Both the position numbers and the translations under genes were made by a program. From an uncultured Gammaproteobacteria bacterium (GTDB lineage: Bacteria > Patescibacteriota > Patescibacteriia > UBA9934 > GWF2-40-263), in NCBI GenBank assembly GCA_964399675.1, contig CAYNRK010000001.1:137221-201220 (forward strand): a stretch of DNA of 64,000 nt, written 5' to 3'. The notes beneath the pieces are model-generated. The model had not been told where the DNA came from. It worked only from the letters and a program-made list of their open reading frames with translations, and did no database searches. Below, one piece after another: positions 55,999 through 64,000 of this stretch. How positions within the stretch are numbered: position 1 is the first letter of the stretch; each line of letters starts with the position of its first letter.

Positions 55999-56421
55999 AT
56001 GTTGATCCCAAAGAAAGTAAAACATAGAAAATGGCACAAAGGTCGCGGTCGCGGCAAGCGTTTGGCTACTCGCAAGACTCGAATTGCGTTTGGTCAATTT
56101 GGTTTGAAGGCTACTACTGAGTGTTGGGTAACTTCACGACAGATTGAGGCAGCACGTCGAGCAATGACCCGTGCGGTTAAGCGTGGTGGAAAAATTTGGA
56201 TTAGAATTTTTCCAGACAAACCAGTAACTGCAAAAGGTTCTGAAATGCCAATGGGAAAAGGAAAAGGTGCTGTTGATCATTATGTCTGTGTTGTAAGACC
56301 TGGGACGGTTATGTTTGAAATGGCTGGAATCGAAGAAGACCTTGCAAGAAAGGCGTTAACACTTGCGGCACATAAACTGCCAGTGAAGACAAAAATAATC
56401 AAAAAAGGGTTGGGGAATTAA
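55999..56421 (+). CDS. rplP: 50S ribosomal protein L16.
   Basis: Conserved L16. Confidence 0.9.
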   Translation: MLIPKKVKHRKWHKGRGRGKRLATRKTRIAFGQFGLKATTECWVTSRQIEAARRAMTRAVKRGGKIWIRIFPDKPVTAKGSEMPMGKGKGAVDHYVCVVRPGTVMFEMAGIEEDLARKALTLAAHKLPVKTKIIKKGLGN

Positions 56422-56428
56422 TAGAAGT

Positions 56429-56626
56429 ATGGATGCAAAAACATTAAGGACAAAAACTGTGCAAGGACTCGAGCGTGAGTTAGAAGAAGCACAAGAGCAA
56501 TTAAAAGAGCTCAGATTCAAGTTGTCTTCTCATCAACTCAAAAACGTGCGAGAAGTGCGAAAGGTTCGTCAGGGTATTGCGCGGATTAAAACAGTTTTAA
56601 AAGAGTTGGCGCAAAAAAGTGAATAA
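56429..56626 (+). CDS. rpmC: 50S ribosomal protein L29.
   Basis: Conserved L29. Confidence 0.85.
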   Translation: MDAKTLRTKTVQGLERELEEAQEQLKELRFKLSSHQLKNVREVRKVRQGIARIKTVLKELAQKSE

Positions 56627-56627
56627 T

Positions 56628-56873
56628 ATGACAGAACAAACACGAACAATCCGAAGAACGCTTACCGGAAAAGTGGTTTCAACGAAAATGAATAAAACCA
56701 TTGTGGTTCAGGTTGACCGAACTGTTGTGCATCCAAAGTATAAGAAGCGATATCTGCAAAGTAAGAAGTTTCATGTACATGATGAAGAAGGAAAAGCTAA
56801 AGTTGGTGATAAGGTAACTTTCCGTGAGTGCAGACCAGTGTCTAAGACTAAGCGATGGAGACTAGTTAAATAA
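56628..56873 (+). CDS. rpsQ: 30S ribosomal protein S17.
   Basis: Conserved S17. Confidence 0.85.
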   Translation: MTEQTRTIRRTLTGKVVSTKMNKTIVVQVDRTVVHPKYKKRYLQSKKFHVHDEEGKAKVGDKVTFRECRPVSKTKRWRLVK

Positions 56874-56874
56874 T

Positions 56875-57246
56875 ATGGTACAGGAAGAATCAGTGCTCAA
56901 AGTTGCAGACAACTCAGGTGCGAAAAAGCTCAAAGTCATTCGCGTTCTGGGTGGGTATAAGAAACGATATGCTTTTATCGGAGATTTGGTGACCGCAACT
57001 GTCAAAGAGGCAATCCCACACGCAAACGTAAAAAAGAGTGATATTGTAATAGCTGTAATTGTGCGATCACGAAAAGAAACTCGACGTAAAGATGGAACTT
57101 ATATACGATTTGATGAAAATGCGGCAGTTATTATTGATAAGAAAACCAAGGAGCCAAGGGGAACACGAATCTTTGGACCAGTCCCCAGAGAATTAAGGGC
57201 ATTGGGTTATAACAAAATAGTCTCACTTGCTCCCGAGGTGCTTTAA
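56875..57246 (+). CDS. rplN: 50S ribosomal protein L14.
   Basis: Conserved L14. Confidence 0.9.
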   Translation: MVQEESVLKVADNSGAKKLKVIRVLGGYKKRYAFIGDLVTATVKEAIPHANVKKSDIVIAVIVRSRKETRRKDGTYIRFDENAAVIIDKKTKEPRGTRIFGPVPRELRALGYNKIVSLAPEVL

Positions 57247-57252
57247 TTGAGT

Positions 57253-57576
57253 ATGAAAATCAAAACAGGCGACAATGTAAAAATCCTCGCAGGAAAGGAT
57301 CGAGGAAAAGAAGGAAAAGTGCTTCAGGTATTTCCAAAGCACCAGCGTGTTGTGGTTGAGGGAGTAAACTTGATGACAAAGCATTTGAAAAAGCGCGGAA
57401 ATCATCCCGGACAAAAAATTCAGTTTTCATCCCCGGTTCACATTTCAAATGTGAAATTGATTTCACCAAAGTCAGGAACAAGTGGACGGGTTGGATTCAA
57501 GTCTATTGAAAAGGAAGGGTCAAAGCAAAAAATTCGCGTTATTCGATCAAAAGGTAAAGTAGAAGATATTGATTAA
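57253..57576 (+). CDS. rplX: 50S ribosomal protein L24.
   Basis: KOW motif MKIKTGDNVKILAGKDRGKEGKV. Confidence 0.85.
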   Translation: MKIKTGDNVKILAGKDRGKEGKVLQVFPKHQRVVVEGVNLMTKHLKKRGNHPGQKIQFSSPVHISNVKLISPKSGTSGRVGFKSIEKEGSKQKIRVIRSKGKVEDID

Positions 57577-57577
57577 T

Positions 57578-58117
57578 ATGGATTTCAAACAGTTCTACAA
57601 TAAAGAAGTTATTCCAAAGCTCAAGAAAGAATTTGGGTATAAGAATGTTAACGCTGTCCCAACTATTAAGACAATAACGCTTAATGTTGGTTTGGGCCAA
57701 GGGCTTAAGGATGCTCGATATCTTGAGACTGCTGAAAATACCCTCAGTCGCATAACAGGGCAAAAGCCTGTTATGACCAAAGCAAGAAAGTCTATTGCTG
57801 GATTCAAAATTCGAGAGGGCAATACCGTTGGAATGAAAGTTACTCTGCGTGGAAAGCGAATGTGGGACTTTTTGGAAAAGCTAATCAAAGTATCCCTGCC
57901 GCGTGTGCGAGACTTTCGAGGGCTTCCACCAAAAGCTTTTGATCGTTCAGGAAATTATTCCATAGGATTTAAAGAGCACATGGCTTTTCCAGAGATCAGA
58001 AGTGATGAGATTGAATTGGTTCACGGGTTACAGGTAACGATCGGTACAACAGCAAAGAATAGTCAGGAAGGAAAAGCACTGCTAAAAAATCTAGGACTTC
58101 CATTAAAGAAAAAATAA
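57578..58117 (+). CDS. rplE: 50S ribosomal protein L5.
   Basis: Conserved L5. Confidence 0.9.
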   Translation: MDFKQFYNKEVIPKLKKEFGYKNVNAVPTIKTITLNVGLGQGLKDARYLETAENTLSRITGQKPVMTKARKSIAGFKIREGNTVGMKVTLRGKRMWDFLEKLIKVSLPRVRDFRGLPPKAFDRSGNYSIGFKEHMAFPEIRSDEIELVHGLQVTIGTTAKNSQEGKALLKNLGLPLKKK

Positions 58118-58118
58118 A

Positions 58119-58192
58119 AGGAACTTGGAACTGGGTTCTGGGAACTGGGAATTCAAATCCCAGCACCCAGCACCCATGTCCTAGTCCCCAAT
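58119..58192 (+). repeat. r-operon intergenic element, copy 2.
   Basis: ggaacttggaactgggttctgggaactgggaattcaaatcccagcacccagcacccatgtcctagtcccc. Confidence 0.7.
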
Positions 58193-58196
58193 ACCT

Positions 58197-58382
58197 ATGG
58201 CCACGGAAAATCAAATAGCAAAATCAAAGAAACGACCAAAGTTTTCATCACGGAAGGTGAACCGTTGTTGGAAATGTGGACGAAATCGTGGGTACATGCG
58301 TGCATTTGACATGTGTCGTATCTGCTTCCGTGAGCTTGCTAACCGTGGTGAGATTCCAGGTATTCGAAAATCAAGTTGGTAA
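58197..58382 (+). CDS. rpsN: 30S ribosomal protein S14, Zn-ribbon type (type Z).
   Basis: [20 protein letters not shown] has four Cys. 61 aa. Confidence 0.85.
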   Translation: MATENQIAKSKKRPKFSSRKVNRCWKCGRNRGYMRAFDMCRICFRELANRGEIPGIRKSSW

Positions 58383-58383
58383 T

Positions 58384-58776
58384 ATGATGACAGATCCAAT
58401 TTCAGACATGCTTACACAAATTCGCAATGCGCAGGCTGTGAAAAAACCTGACATAACTTTGAATTATTCAAAGGTCAAATTTCACATTGCAAAAATTTTG
58501 GAAAAAGAAGGTTTTGTAGTGGGTGTAAAACAGGTGACAGAGGCAAAGTTTCCAAAATTACACATCGGACTTAAGTACAGTGGCAGCAAGCCGGCAATCT
58601 TGTCACTGAAGCGTATTAGTAAGCCTGGTCGACGAATTTATGCAAAGTCAACAGAACTTCCTCGTGTTTTATCTGATATGGGAATTGCCATTATCTCCAC
58701 ACCAAACGGTCTTATGACTAATAAAGAAGCCCGTGCCAGAAAGCTTGGCGGTGAGGTTATTTGCGAAATCACCTAA
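58384..58776 (+). CDS. rpsH: 30S ribosomal protein S8.
   Basis: MMTDPISDMLTQIRNA. Conserved S8. Confidence 0.9.
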   Translation: MMTDPISDMLTQIRNAQAVKKPDITLNYSKVKFHIAKILEKEGFVVGVKQVTEAKFPKLHIGLKYSGSKPAILSLKRISKPGRRIYAKSTELPRVLSDMGIAIISTPNGLMTNKEARARKLGGEVICEIT

Positions 58777-58780
58777 ACCT

Positions 58781-59338
58781 ATGTCTAGAGTAGGAAAAAA
58801 ACCAATTGAAATTCCTTCAGGCGTTGATGTGAAATTTGAGAATAATCACATAAATGTTAAAGGTCCAAAAGGAGAACTTGCACGTGATGTTCATCCGTTG
58901 GTTTCGGTTGCTATTGAAGATGTAGATGGTGCAGAACAAGTGGTCTTGACTATTGATGATCTAAATGACAAACAGAAAAAAGCTCAATGGGGGACTGCAA
59001 GAGCAAATATTGCAAACATGGTGCACGGTGTTACAGAAGAGTTTGAAAAAAAGTTGGAAGTTAATGGTGTTGGATATCGTGTGAATTTGCAAGGTCGCGA
59101 GGTTGTGTTAAATGTTGGTTTCTCTCATGAGGTTCGATTTGCACTTCCAGAAGGAGTGGACGCAGTAATTGAAGGAAATCTTATTACTCTTTCCGGAATC
59201 GATCGACAGTTGGTTGGTGAAGTTGCTGCAAACATTCGTAAAGTTAAAAAGCCAGAGCCTTATAAAGGAAAGGGAATTAAATATGTTGATGAGGTGATTC
59301 GCCGCAAGGCAGGTAAGGCTCAAAAGAGTGCAGAATAA
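58781..59338 (+). CDS. rplF: 50S ribosomal protein L6.
   Basis: [15 protein letters not shown]. Conserved L6. Confidence 0.9.
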   Translation: MSRVGKKPIEIPSGVDVKFENNHINVKGPKGELARDVHPLVSVAIEDVDGAEQVVLTIDDLNDKQKKAQWGTARANIANMVHGVTEEFEKKLEVNGVGYRVNLQGREVVLNVGFSHEVRFALPEGVDAVIEGNLITLSGIDRQLVGEVAANIRKVKKPEPYKGKGIKYVDEVIRRKAGKAQKSAE

Positions 59339-59339
59339 T

Positions 59340-59696
59340 ATGACACGAAAAATTAAGGACAAACCAACACTAAAATCTCGCCGAGCAATTAGGACTCGTG
59401 CGCGACTTCATGGTACAAAGAAACGACCAAGACTCAGTGTTTCAAGAAGCTTGCGTGCTATCTCAGCGCAACTCATTAACGATGATAAGGGCGAGACATT
59501 AGCCGCTGTTTCTGACAAAGGGTTGGCTTCAGCACTTAAACCGGTTGAAAGGGCTAAAGAGGTTGGAAAGAAAATAGCAGAGATTGCAAAAGAAAAAGGA
59601 ATTGAATCTGTAATCTTTGACAGAGGATCGAATCGATATCACGGGCGTGTTGCAGCAGTTGCAGAGGGCGCTAGAGAAGGTGGACTCAAAATTTAA
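59340..59696 (+). CDS. rplR: 50S ribosomal protein L18.
   Basis: Conserved L18. Confidence 0.85.
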   Translation: MTRKIKDKPTLKSRRAIRTRARLHGTKKRPRLSVSRSLRAISAQLINDDKGETLAAVSDKGLASALKPVERAKEVGKKIAEIAKEKGIESVIFDRGSNRYHGRVAAVAEGAREGGLKI

Positions 59697-59700
59697 TGAT

Positions 59701-60387
59701 ATGACAGAACAAACTATAAAAACAGCAACCAAGAAAGGTTCAGCCACCAAGACCAAAAAGAATGAAAAAGGTAAGGGGCGTGGGCGCGGACGTGGCAAGG
59801 GCCGAGGGCGTCAAAGAGAAGTTCGAGAGTTCGAACAAAAGATTTTGGATTTATCCCGTGTTACTCGTGTGACTGCTGGTGGAAAGAGAATGTCATTCCG
59901 CTGTGCTCTTGTTATTGGAGATAAAAAAGGACGTGTTGGACTTGGTGTTGCAAAAGGAGCTGATGTGCAAATTTCAGTTGAAAAAGCTTATAAGCAAGCC
60001 AAACGAAATTTGGTAACAGTGCCACTTGTTAATGAAACAATTCCACATCTGATTTGGGTAAAGTATGGTGCAGCTCTTGTTATGCTCAAACCAGCTCCAG
60101 AAGGAACCGGGCTTAAATCTGGTGGTGCAATGCGTATGGTGCTTGAGTTTGCTGGTGTTCCAAATGCTGTGACCAAGATTGTTAATTCAAGTAATAAGAT
60201 TAATATCGCTCGGGCAACATTAGAGGCGATTAAGCAGTTGAGGAAGGTGGAAAAGGTGGAGAAGGTAGAAAAGGGAGAAAAGGTAGCCCCAGGCTTTAGC
60301 CTGGGCGAAGAAGTCAAAGAGGTCAAAGAAGCCCGAGAGGTGAAAGAGGTTGAAGAGGTTAAAGAAGCGAAGGAGAAAGTAGAATAA
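59701..60387 (+). CDS. rpsE: 30S ribosomal protein S5 with a basic N-terminal extension and a (KVE)n/KE-rich C-terminal tail. The tail contains an in-frame GPSL element (VAPGFSLGE).
   Basis: S5 core REFEQKILDLSRVTRVTAGGKRMSFRCALVIGDKKGRVGLGVAKG. Tail KVEKVEKVEKGEKVAPGFSLGEEVKEVKE. Confidence 0.85.
   Translation: MTEQTIKTATKKGSATKTKKNEKGKGRGRGRGKGRGRQREVREFEQKILDLSRVTRVTAGGKRMSFRCALVIGDKKGRVGLGVAKGADVQISVEKAYKQAKRNLVTVPLVNETIPHLIWVKYGAALVMLKPAPEGTGLKSGGAMRMVLEFAGVPNAVTKIVNSSNKINIARATLEAIKQLRKVEKVEKVEKGEKVAPGFSLGEEVKEVKEAREVKEVEEVKEAKEKVE
60284..60308 (-). repeat. GPSL element copy (reverse orientation) inside the rpsE 3' tail.
   Basis: The reverse complement is cgcccaggctaaagcctggggctac, identical to the truB copy. 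Confidence 0.8.
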
Positions 60388-60391
60388 TTGT

Positions 60392-60841
60392 ATGTCATTA
60401 ACACTTCACAATATTCAGCCAAAAAAAGGTTCCAAAAAGACCAAGAAACGAATTGGTCGTGGTTTGGCTAGCAAAGGTAGATATTCAGGACGGGGTCTTA
60501 AAGGGCAGCGTGCGCGTTCTGGTGGAAAGTCAGGTTTGAAATTGAGGGGTTTGCGTCAGGTCATGTTGGCAACGCCAAAGAAACGTGGTTTTAAGAGTCA
60601 AAAACCAAAGCCGGAAGCAGTTAACTTGGCGACAATTGCAAAGTATTTTGCAAATGATGCTAAAATTACTCCAAAGATTTTGATTTCCCGCGGCCTTGTT
60701 GATAAATCACCGGCCGGTGTAAAGATTTTGGGTCGTGGAAATATTACAATCAAGCTTACAGTCTCAGATTGTTATTTGTCTGCAGAGGCAAAGAAGAAAA
60801 TCAAAGCGGCCGGTGGAACAGTCATTGAAAAAACAAAATAG
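60392..60841 (+). CDS. rplO: 50S ribosomal protein L15. No L30 gene precedes it.
   Basis: Conserved L15. rpsE to rplO is a 4-nt gap. Confidence 0.85.
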   Translation: MSLTLHNIQPKKGSKKTKKRIGRGLASKGRYSGRGLKGQRARSGGKSGLKLRGLRQVMLATPKKRGFKSQKPKPEAVNLATIAKYFANDAKITPKILISRGLVDKSPAGVKILGRGNITIKLTVSDCYLSAEAKKKIKAAGGTVIEKTK

Positions 60842-60844
60842 GAT

Positions 60845-62107
60845 ATGAATACGTTAATCCGCATCTTTAAAACCAAAGATGTTCGAAACAGCATTCTTTT
60901 CATTATTGGGATGTTGATAATTTTTCGTATTTGCGCACACATTCCAGTTCCCGGAGTTGACGCAGAGGCTTTGAAAGAGATTTTTTCTGGGAATCAATTT
61001 TTTGGTCTTTTGAATATTTTCTCAGGTGGAACACTTGAGAATTTTTCAATTGTGGCAATGGGAGTGATGCCGTACATTACATCTTCGATTATTTTCCAGT
61101 TGCTTGGCATGACTATTCCGGCTCTTGAAGAAATGCAAAAAGAAGAACAAGGACGACAAAAGATAAATCAATGGACACGACTTCTTACCATTCCGCTTTG
61201 TGTAATTCAAGCATATGGACTCATTTTACTTCTTTCACAACAAAGTCAGTTTTTCCAAAACACAGAAATAACAACAGTTTTGTTTGCAATGACCAGCATG
61301 ACGGCCGGAACGATTTTCTTAATGTGGATTGGAGAATTGATTTCTGAAAAAAATGTTGGAAACGGAATTTCCATTCTGATTCTTGCGGGAATTATTGCCG
61401 GTCTCCCAACTTTTCTTAGTCAGTCGCTTACAGTTTATGACAAGAGCCAACTTGTAACATTGATCCTATTTGTGGTTGCAGCAATCATTACTGTTGTGTC
61501 GATCGTTGTTATGAATGAAGCGCAGCGGAATATACCAGTGCAATATGCACGTCATGTACGAGGCTCGCGATTGTCAGGTGCGGTAAGTTCACATATTCCA
61601 CTTCGATTAAATATGGGTGGAGTGATTCCAATTATCTTTGCGATTTCAATCATTTTGTTTCCAACTGTTATTGCGCAGTTTTTTACAAATGCAAAAACAG
61701 AATTTTTAAGAAGCGCAGCAACCTGGGTAGTGCAAGTATTTCAAAATCAATTATTTTACGGAATCATTTATTTCTTGTTGGTATTCGTATTCGCATACTT
61801 TTACACAGCCGTCATCTTTCATCCTAATCAGGTTGCAGAGAACGTTCAAAAACAAGGCGGATTTATTCCCGGTATTCGTCCTGGGAAAAACACAGCGGAT
61901 TTCTTAGGCTGGGTTTCAAATCGACTGCTTCTTGTTGGAGCCACATTCTTGTCCCTTGTTGCTGTTTTACCACTTATTGTCCAGCAGTTTACCGGAAACG
62001 CAAATCTGGTGATTGGTGGAACTTCGATTCTAATTATCGTGGCAGTGGTCATTGATTCGGTCAAACAAGTAGAGGCGCAATTGACAATGAGAGAATACGA
62101 TTTATAA
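60845..62107 (+). CDS. secY: Preprotein translocase SecY.
   Basis: 10 TM helices. Conserved SecY. Confidence 0.9.
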   Translation: MNTLIRIFKTKDVRNSILFIIGMLIIFRICAHIPVPGVDAEALKEIFSGNQFFGLLNIFSGGTLENFSIVAMGVMPYITSSIIFQLLGMTIPALEEMQKEEQGRQKINQWTRLLTIPLCVIQAYGLILLLSQQSQFFQNTEITTVLFAMTSMTAGTIFLMWIGELISEKNVGNGISILILAGIIAGLPTFLSQSLTVYDKSQLVTLILFVVAAIITVVSIVVMNEAQRNIPVQYARHVRGSRLSGAVSSHIPLRLNMGGVIPIIFAISIILFPTVIAQFFTNAKTEFLRSAATWVVQVFQNQLFYGIIYFLLVFVFAYFYTAVIFHPNQVAENVQKQGGFIPGIRPGKNTADFLGWVSNRLLLVGATFLSLVAVLPLIVQQFTGNANLVIGGTSILIIVAVVIDSVKQVEAQLTMREYDL

Positions 62108-62301
62108 GCAATAAAGAAAAACCAACGTTAAGCGTTGGTTTTTATAATACCTACAAGGAAAAATTTTCTTGCTGCGGAACTCGTGCTTTTTTACTGTCTG
62201 TTTTATAAGTAAGCACTCAAACAGTCCTCGCTGCTAAAATTTTCCCTTGTAGGCATTATTAGTTCTCGACGAAATCGCCCATTTTGCTATACTACTGCCG
62301 T

Positions 62302-62940
62302 ATGAATAAAATATTTATTATGGGTCCACAAGGATCCGGAAAAGGAACACAAGCCGAGCTTCTTTCAAAAAAACTTGGTATTCCAGCGTTTGCCATGGGG
62401 CAGTTGATAAGAGACGAAGCTGCAACCGGTTCAGAGCTTGGAAAAAAGATTGACGAGATAATTAACAGAGGCGAGCTTGTTTCTGATAAAGATGCAGCCA
62501 ATCTTTTGAAATTACGTCTTGCAAAACCAGATGTCAAAAACGGATATATTCTTGATGGTTATCCGCGCAACATGGAGCAATTTAATGCTTTTGATTTTGA
62601 TGCTCCAACCCATGTGGTTTTGATTGAGATTCCACGAGACATCTCACTAAAGCGTTTGTCAAATCGATTGACATGTTCTGCTTGCAGTAAAATTGGTAGA
62701 ACAAAAGATGGGATTAAAGCAGGGGATGCTTGCGATTGTGGAGGAAAGTGGCACCAGCGAGTGGATGATAAGCCAGAGGCAATTGAAAGACGACTTGAAA
62801 TTTATGAAAAGGATACAGCGCCTGTGATTGCACAGTATGATGATAAAGGGATTGTCTATCGTGTTGATGGTGCAGGAGATATTGAAGAAGTAAATGCAAG
62901 AGTTGAACAAATTTTTAACCTGTGTCATTGCGAGCGCTAG
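62302..62940 (+). CDS. adk: Adenylate kinase with a Zn-binding lid. Its last six codons lie inside a TGTCAT-family element.
   Basis: GPQGSGKGTQ P-loop. Lid CSAC...CDCGG. Confidence 0.9.
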   Translation: MNKIFIMGPQGSGKGTQAELLSKKLGIPAFAMGQLIRDEAATGSELGKKIDEIINRGELVSDKDAANLLKLRLAKPDVKNGYILDGYPRNMEQFNAFDFDAPTHVVLIEIPRDISLKRLSNRLTCSACSKIGRTKDGIKAGDACDCGGKWHQRVDDKPEAIERRLEIYEKDTAPVIAQYDDKGIVYRVDGAGDIEEVNARVEQIFNLCHCER

Positions 62941-62996
62941 CGAAGCAATCCTCGTGCACGGAGATTGCTTCGTCGCTTCGCTCCTCGCAATGACGC
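62923..62996. repeat. TGTCAT-family element variant, copy 7 (tgtcattgcgagcgc...cctcgcaatgacgcg).
   Basis: About 80% identical to 23520-23605. Confidence 0.7.
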
Positions 62997-63002
62997 GACT
63001 GT

Positions 63003-63785
63003 ATGGCTCTAACTAAAACAAAAAAGGAAATAGAATCGCTTCGCAAAGGCGGAGCACTTTTATCGTCTGCTCTTAAAGCGGCAATTGATACTGTTGGTAT
63101 TGGTGTGTCAGTAAAGGATGTTGATGCAATTGCCGAAAAAGTGATTCGTGATGGCGGCGGCACACCTTCTTTTAAAGGGTATAAAGAAAAAGAAGCAGAT
63201 CCACCATTTCCAAGCACTGTTTGTGTTTCAGTAAACGAGGAGGTTGTTCATGGTTCAGGCCAGAGAGACATTGTTTTAAAAGAAGGTGATGTTGTTGGTT
63301 TGGATATTGGTTGTTGGTATGAAGGGTTGTGTACTGACATGGCGGCAACTGTTCCGGTTGGAAAGGTGGGTGATGATGCGCTTAAGCTTATGGAAGTAAC
63401 AAAGCAAGCTCTTCTTGCCGGGGTTGCAGCGGCAAAAGTAGGTGGAGATATTAAAGATATATCGCAAGCTGTTGAAGGTGTTGTAAAACCCAATGGCTAT
63501 GGAATTGTTCAAGCTCTTGTTGGGCACGGTGTTGGTCACGAAGTTCATGAAGCTCCTCATGTTCCAAACTTTATTTCAGATCGTTATCCAAATGTTGAGA
63601 TTTTGAACGGCATGGTTCTTGCGATTGAGCCAATGCTTGGTCTTGGGGGTGATCACAGAATAGAAACAACAGATGATTGCTGTCGGGGCATCTTGATGAA
63701 AGACAGGACAACTGGTTCGCATTTTGAAGTCACAATTGCTATTACAAACGAGGGCACAGAAATTTTAACACCATTGCCAGTTTAA
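63003..63785 (+). CDS. map: Methionine aminopeptidase type I.
   Basis: Pita-bread fold. Metal ligands D..D..H..E..E in conserved positions. Confidence 0.9.
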   Translation: MALTKTKKEIESLRKGGALLSSALKAAIDTVGIGVSVKDVDAIAEKVIRDGGGTPSFKGYKEKEADPPFPSTVCVSVNEEVVHGSGQRDIVLKEGDVVGLDIGCWYEGLCTDMAATVPVGKVGDDALKLMEVTKQALLAGVAAAKVGGDIKDISQAVEGVVKPNGYGIVQALVGHGVGHEVHEAPHVPNFISDRYPNVEILNGMVLAIEPMLGLGGDHRIETTDDCCRGILMKDRTTGSHFEVTIAITNEGTEILTPLPV

Positions 63786-63791
63786 AGGCCC

Positions 63792-63906
63792 TGTCATTTC
63801 GACCGAGCCCATTCGACTCACCTCGTTCGCTCAGGACAGGCTCCGCGAGTGGAGAAATCTCGAATATGCGAGATCCCTCGGCTCGCTGTGCTCGCTCGGG
63901 ATGACA
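63792..63906. repeat. TGTCAT-family element, copy 8 (reverse orientation of the 40859 copy).
   Basis: ctgtcatttcgaccgagcccattcgactcacctcgttcgctcaggacaggctccgcgagtggagaaatctcgaatatgcgagatccctcggctcgc...gggatgaca is the reverse complement of the 40861-40960 sequence. Confidence 0.75.
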
Positions 63907-63917
63907 AAGGAAAAATT

Positions 63918-64000
63918 ATGAAAATTCTTGGAATTGATTATGGACTTAAAAAAATCGGACTTGCTTTTGGGGATAGTGAAATAAAGGTTGCTGTTCCTTT
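63918..64000 (+). CDS. ruvX: YqgF/RuvX-like putative Holliday-junction resolvase/pre-16S nuclease (5' partial, runs off the window).
   Basis: MKILGIDYGLKKIGLAFGDS N-terminal signature. Confidence 0.5.
   Translation, partial: MKILGIDYGLKKIGLAFGDSEIKVAVP

Noticed and set aside
1-64000. CRISPR arrays, rRNA genes and transposase/integrase genes
   Set aside because: I found none. The repeats present are palindromic single units, not spacer-interspersed arrays. No ORF shows DDE, serine- or tyrosine-recombinase motifs.

Overview
This 64-kb window looks like a small-genome, low-GC bacterium of the candidate phyla radiation (CPR), also called Patescibacteria; the core sequence is about 38% GC. It carries a large block of translation genes: proS, the HU gene, rny, truB, infB, trxA/trxB, gdhA, leuS, ndk, murA, rpsL-rpsG-fusA, tuf, and a contiguous S10-spc-alpha ribosomal cluster running rpsJ through rplO, then secY, adk and map. 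rpmD (L30) and infA/rpmJ are absent, and a ruvX-like gene follows map. Ribosomal proteins L23, L22 and S5 carry lysine/glutamate-rich extensions.

This core is interrupted by at least nine discrete high-GC segments (50-65% GC) at 1-2300, 4570-8130, 10446-11850, 17515-18190, 27960-29100, 30200-33100, 36990-37700 and 45700-49440. They encode non-core functions:
- a KamA-family radical-SAM protein next to a tRNA-like remnant;
- a glutathionylspermidine-synthase-like ATP-grasp ligase that is translationally coupled to a SAM methyltransferase;
- a tandem paralog pair with identical C-termini and 3' flanks;
- a secreted protein with 45-bp tandem repeats;
- an HExxH lipoprotein;
- an MFS transporter.

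The most unusual feature is a set of short GC-rich repeat families. Two of them sit in-frame inside protein-coding genes. The first is CCCCCCTTTTCAAGGGGGG..GGGGGGTTA, coding PPFQGG.KGG, found in leuS, twice in a phosphotransferase gene and in a GNAT gene, with further intergenic copies next to two of the islands. The second is GCCCAGGCTAAAGCCTGGGGCTAC, coding VAPGFSLGE, found in truB and rpsE. There is also a family of about nine TGTCATCYCGAG...CTCGRGATGACA intergenic palindromic elements, and an element specific to the r-protein operon. The conserved rpsL-rpsG-fusA-tuf operon is split by about 6.5 kb of inserted DNA.

No rRNA genes and no CRISPR array are present. All calls come from reading the sequence and from recalled family motifs; no database search was possible.
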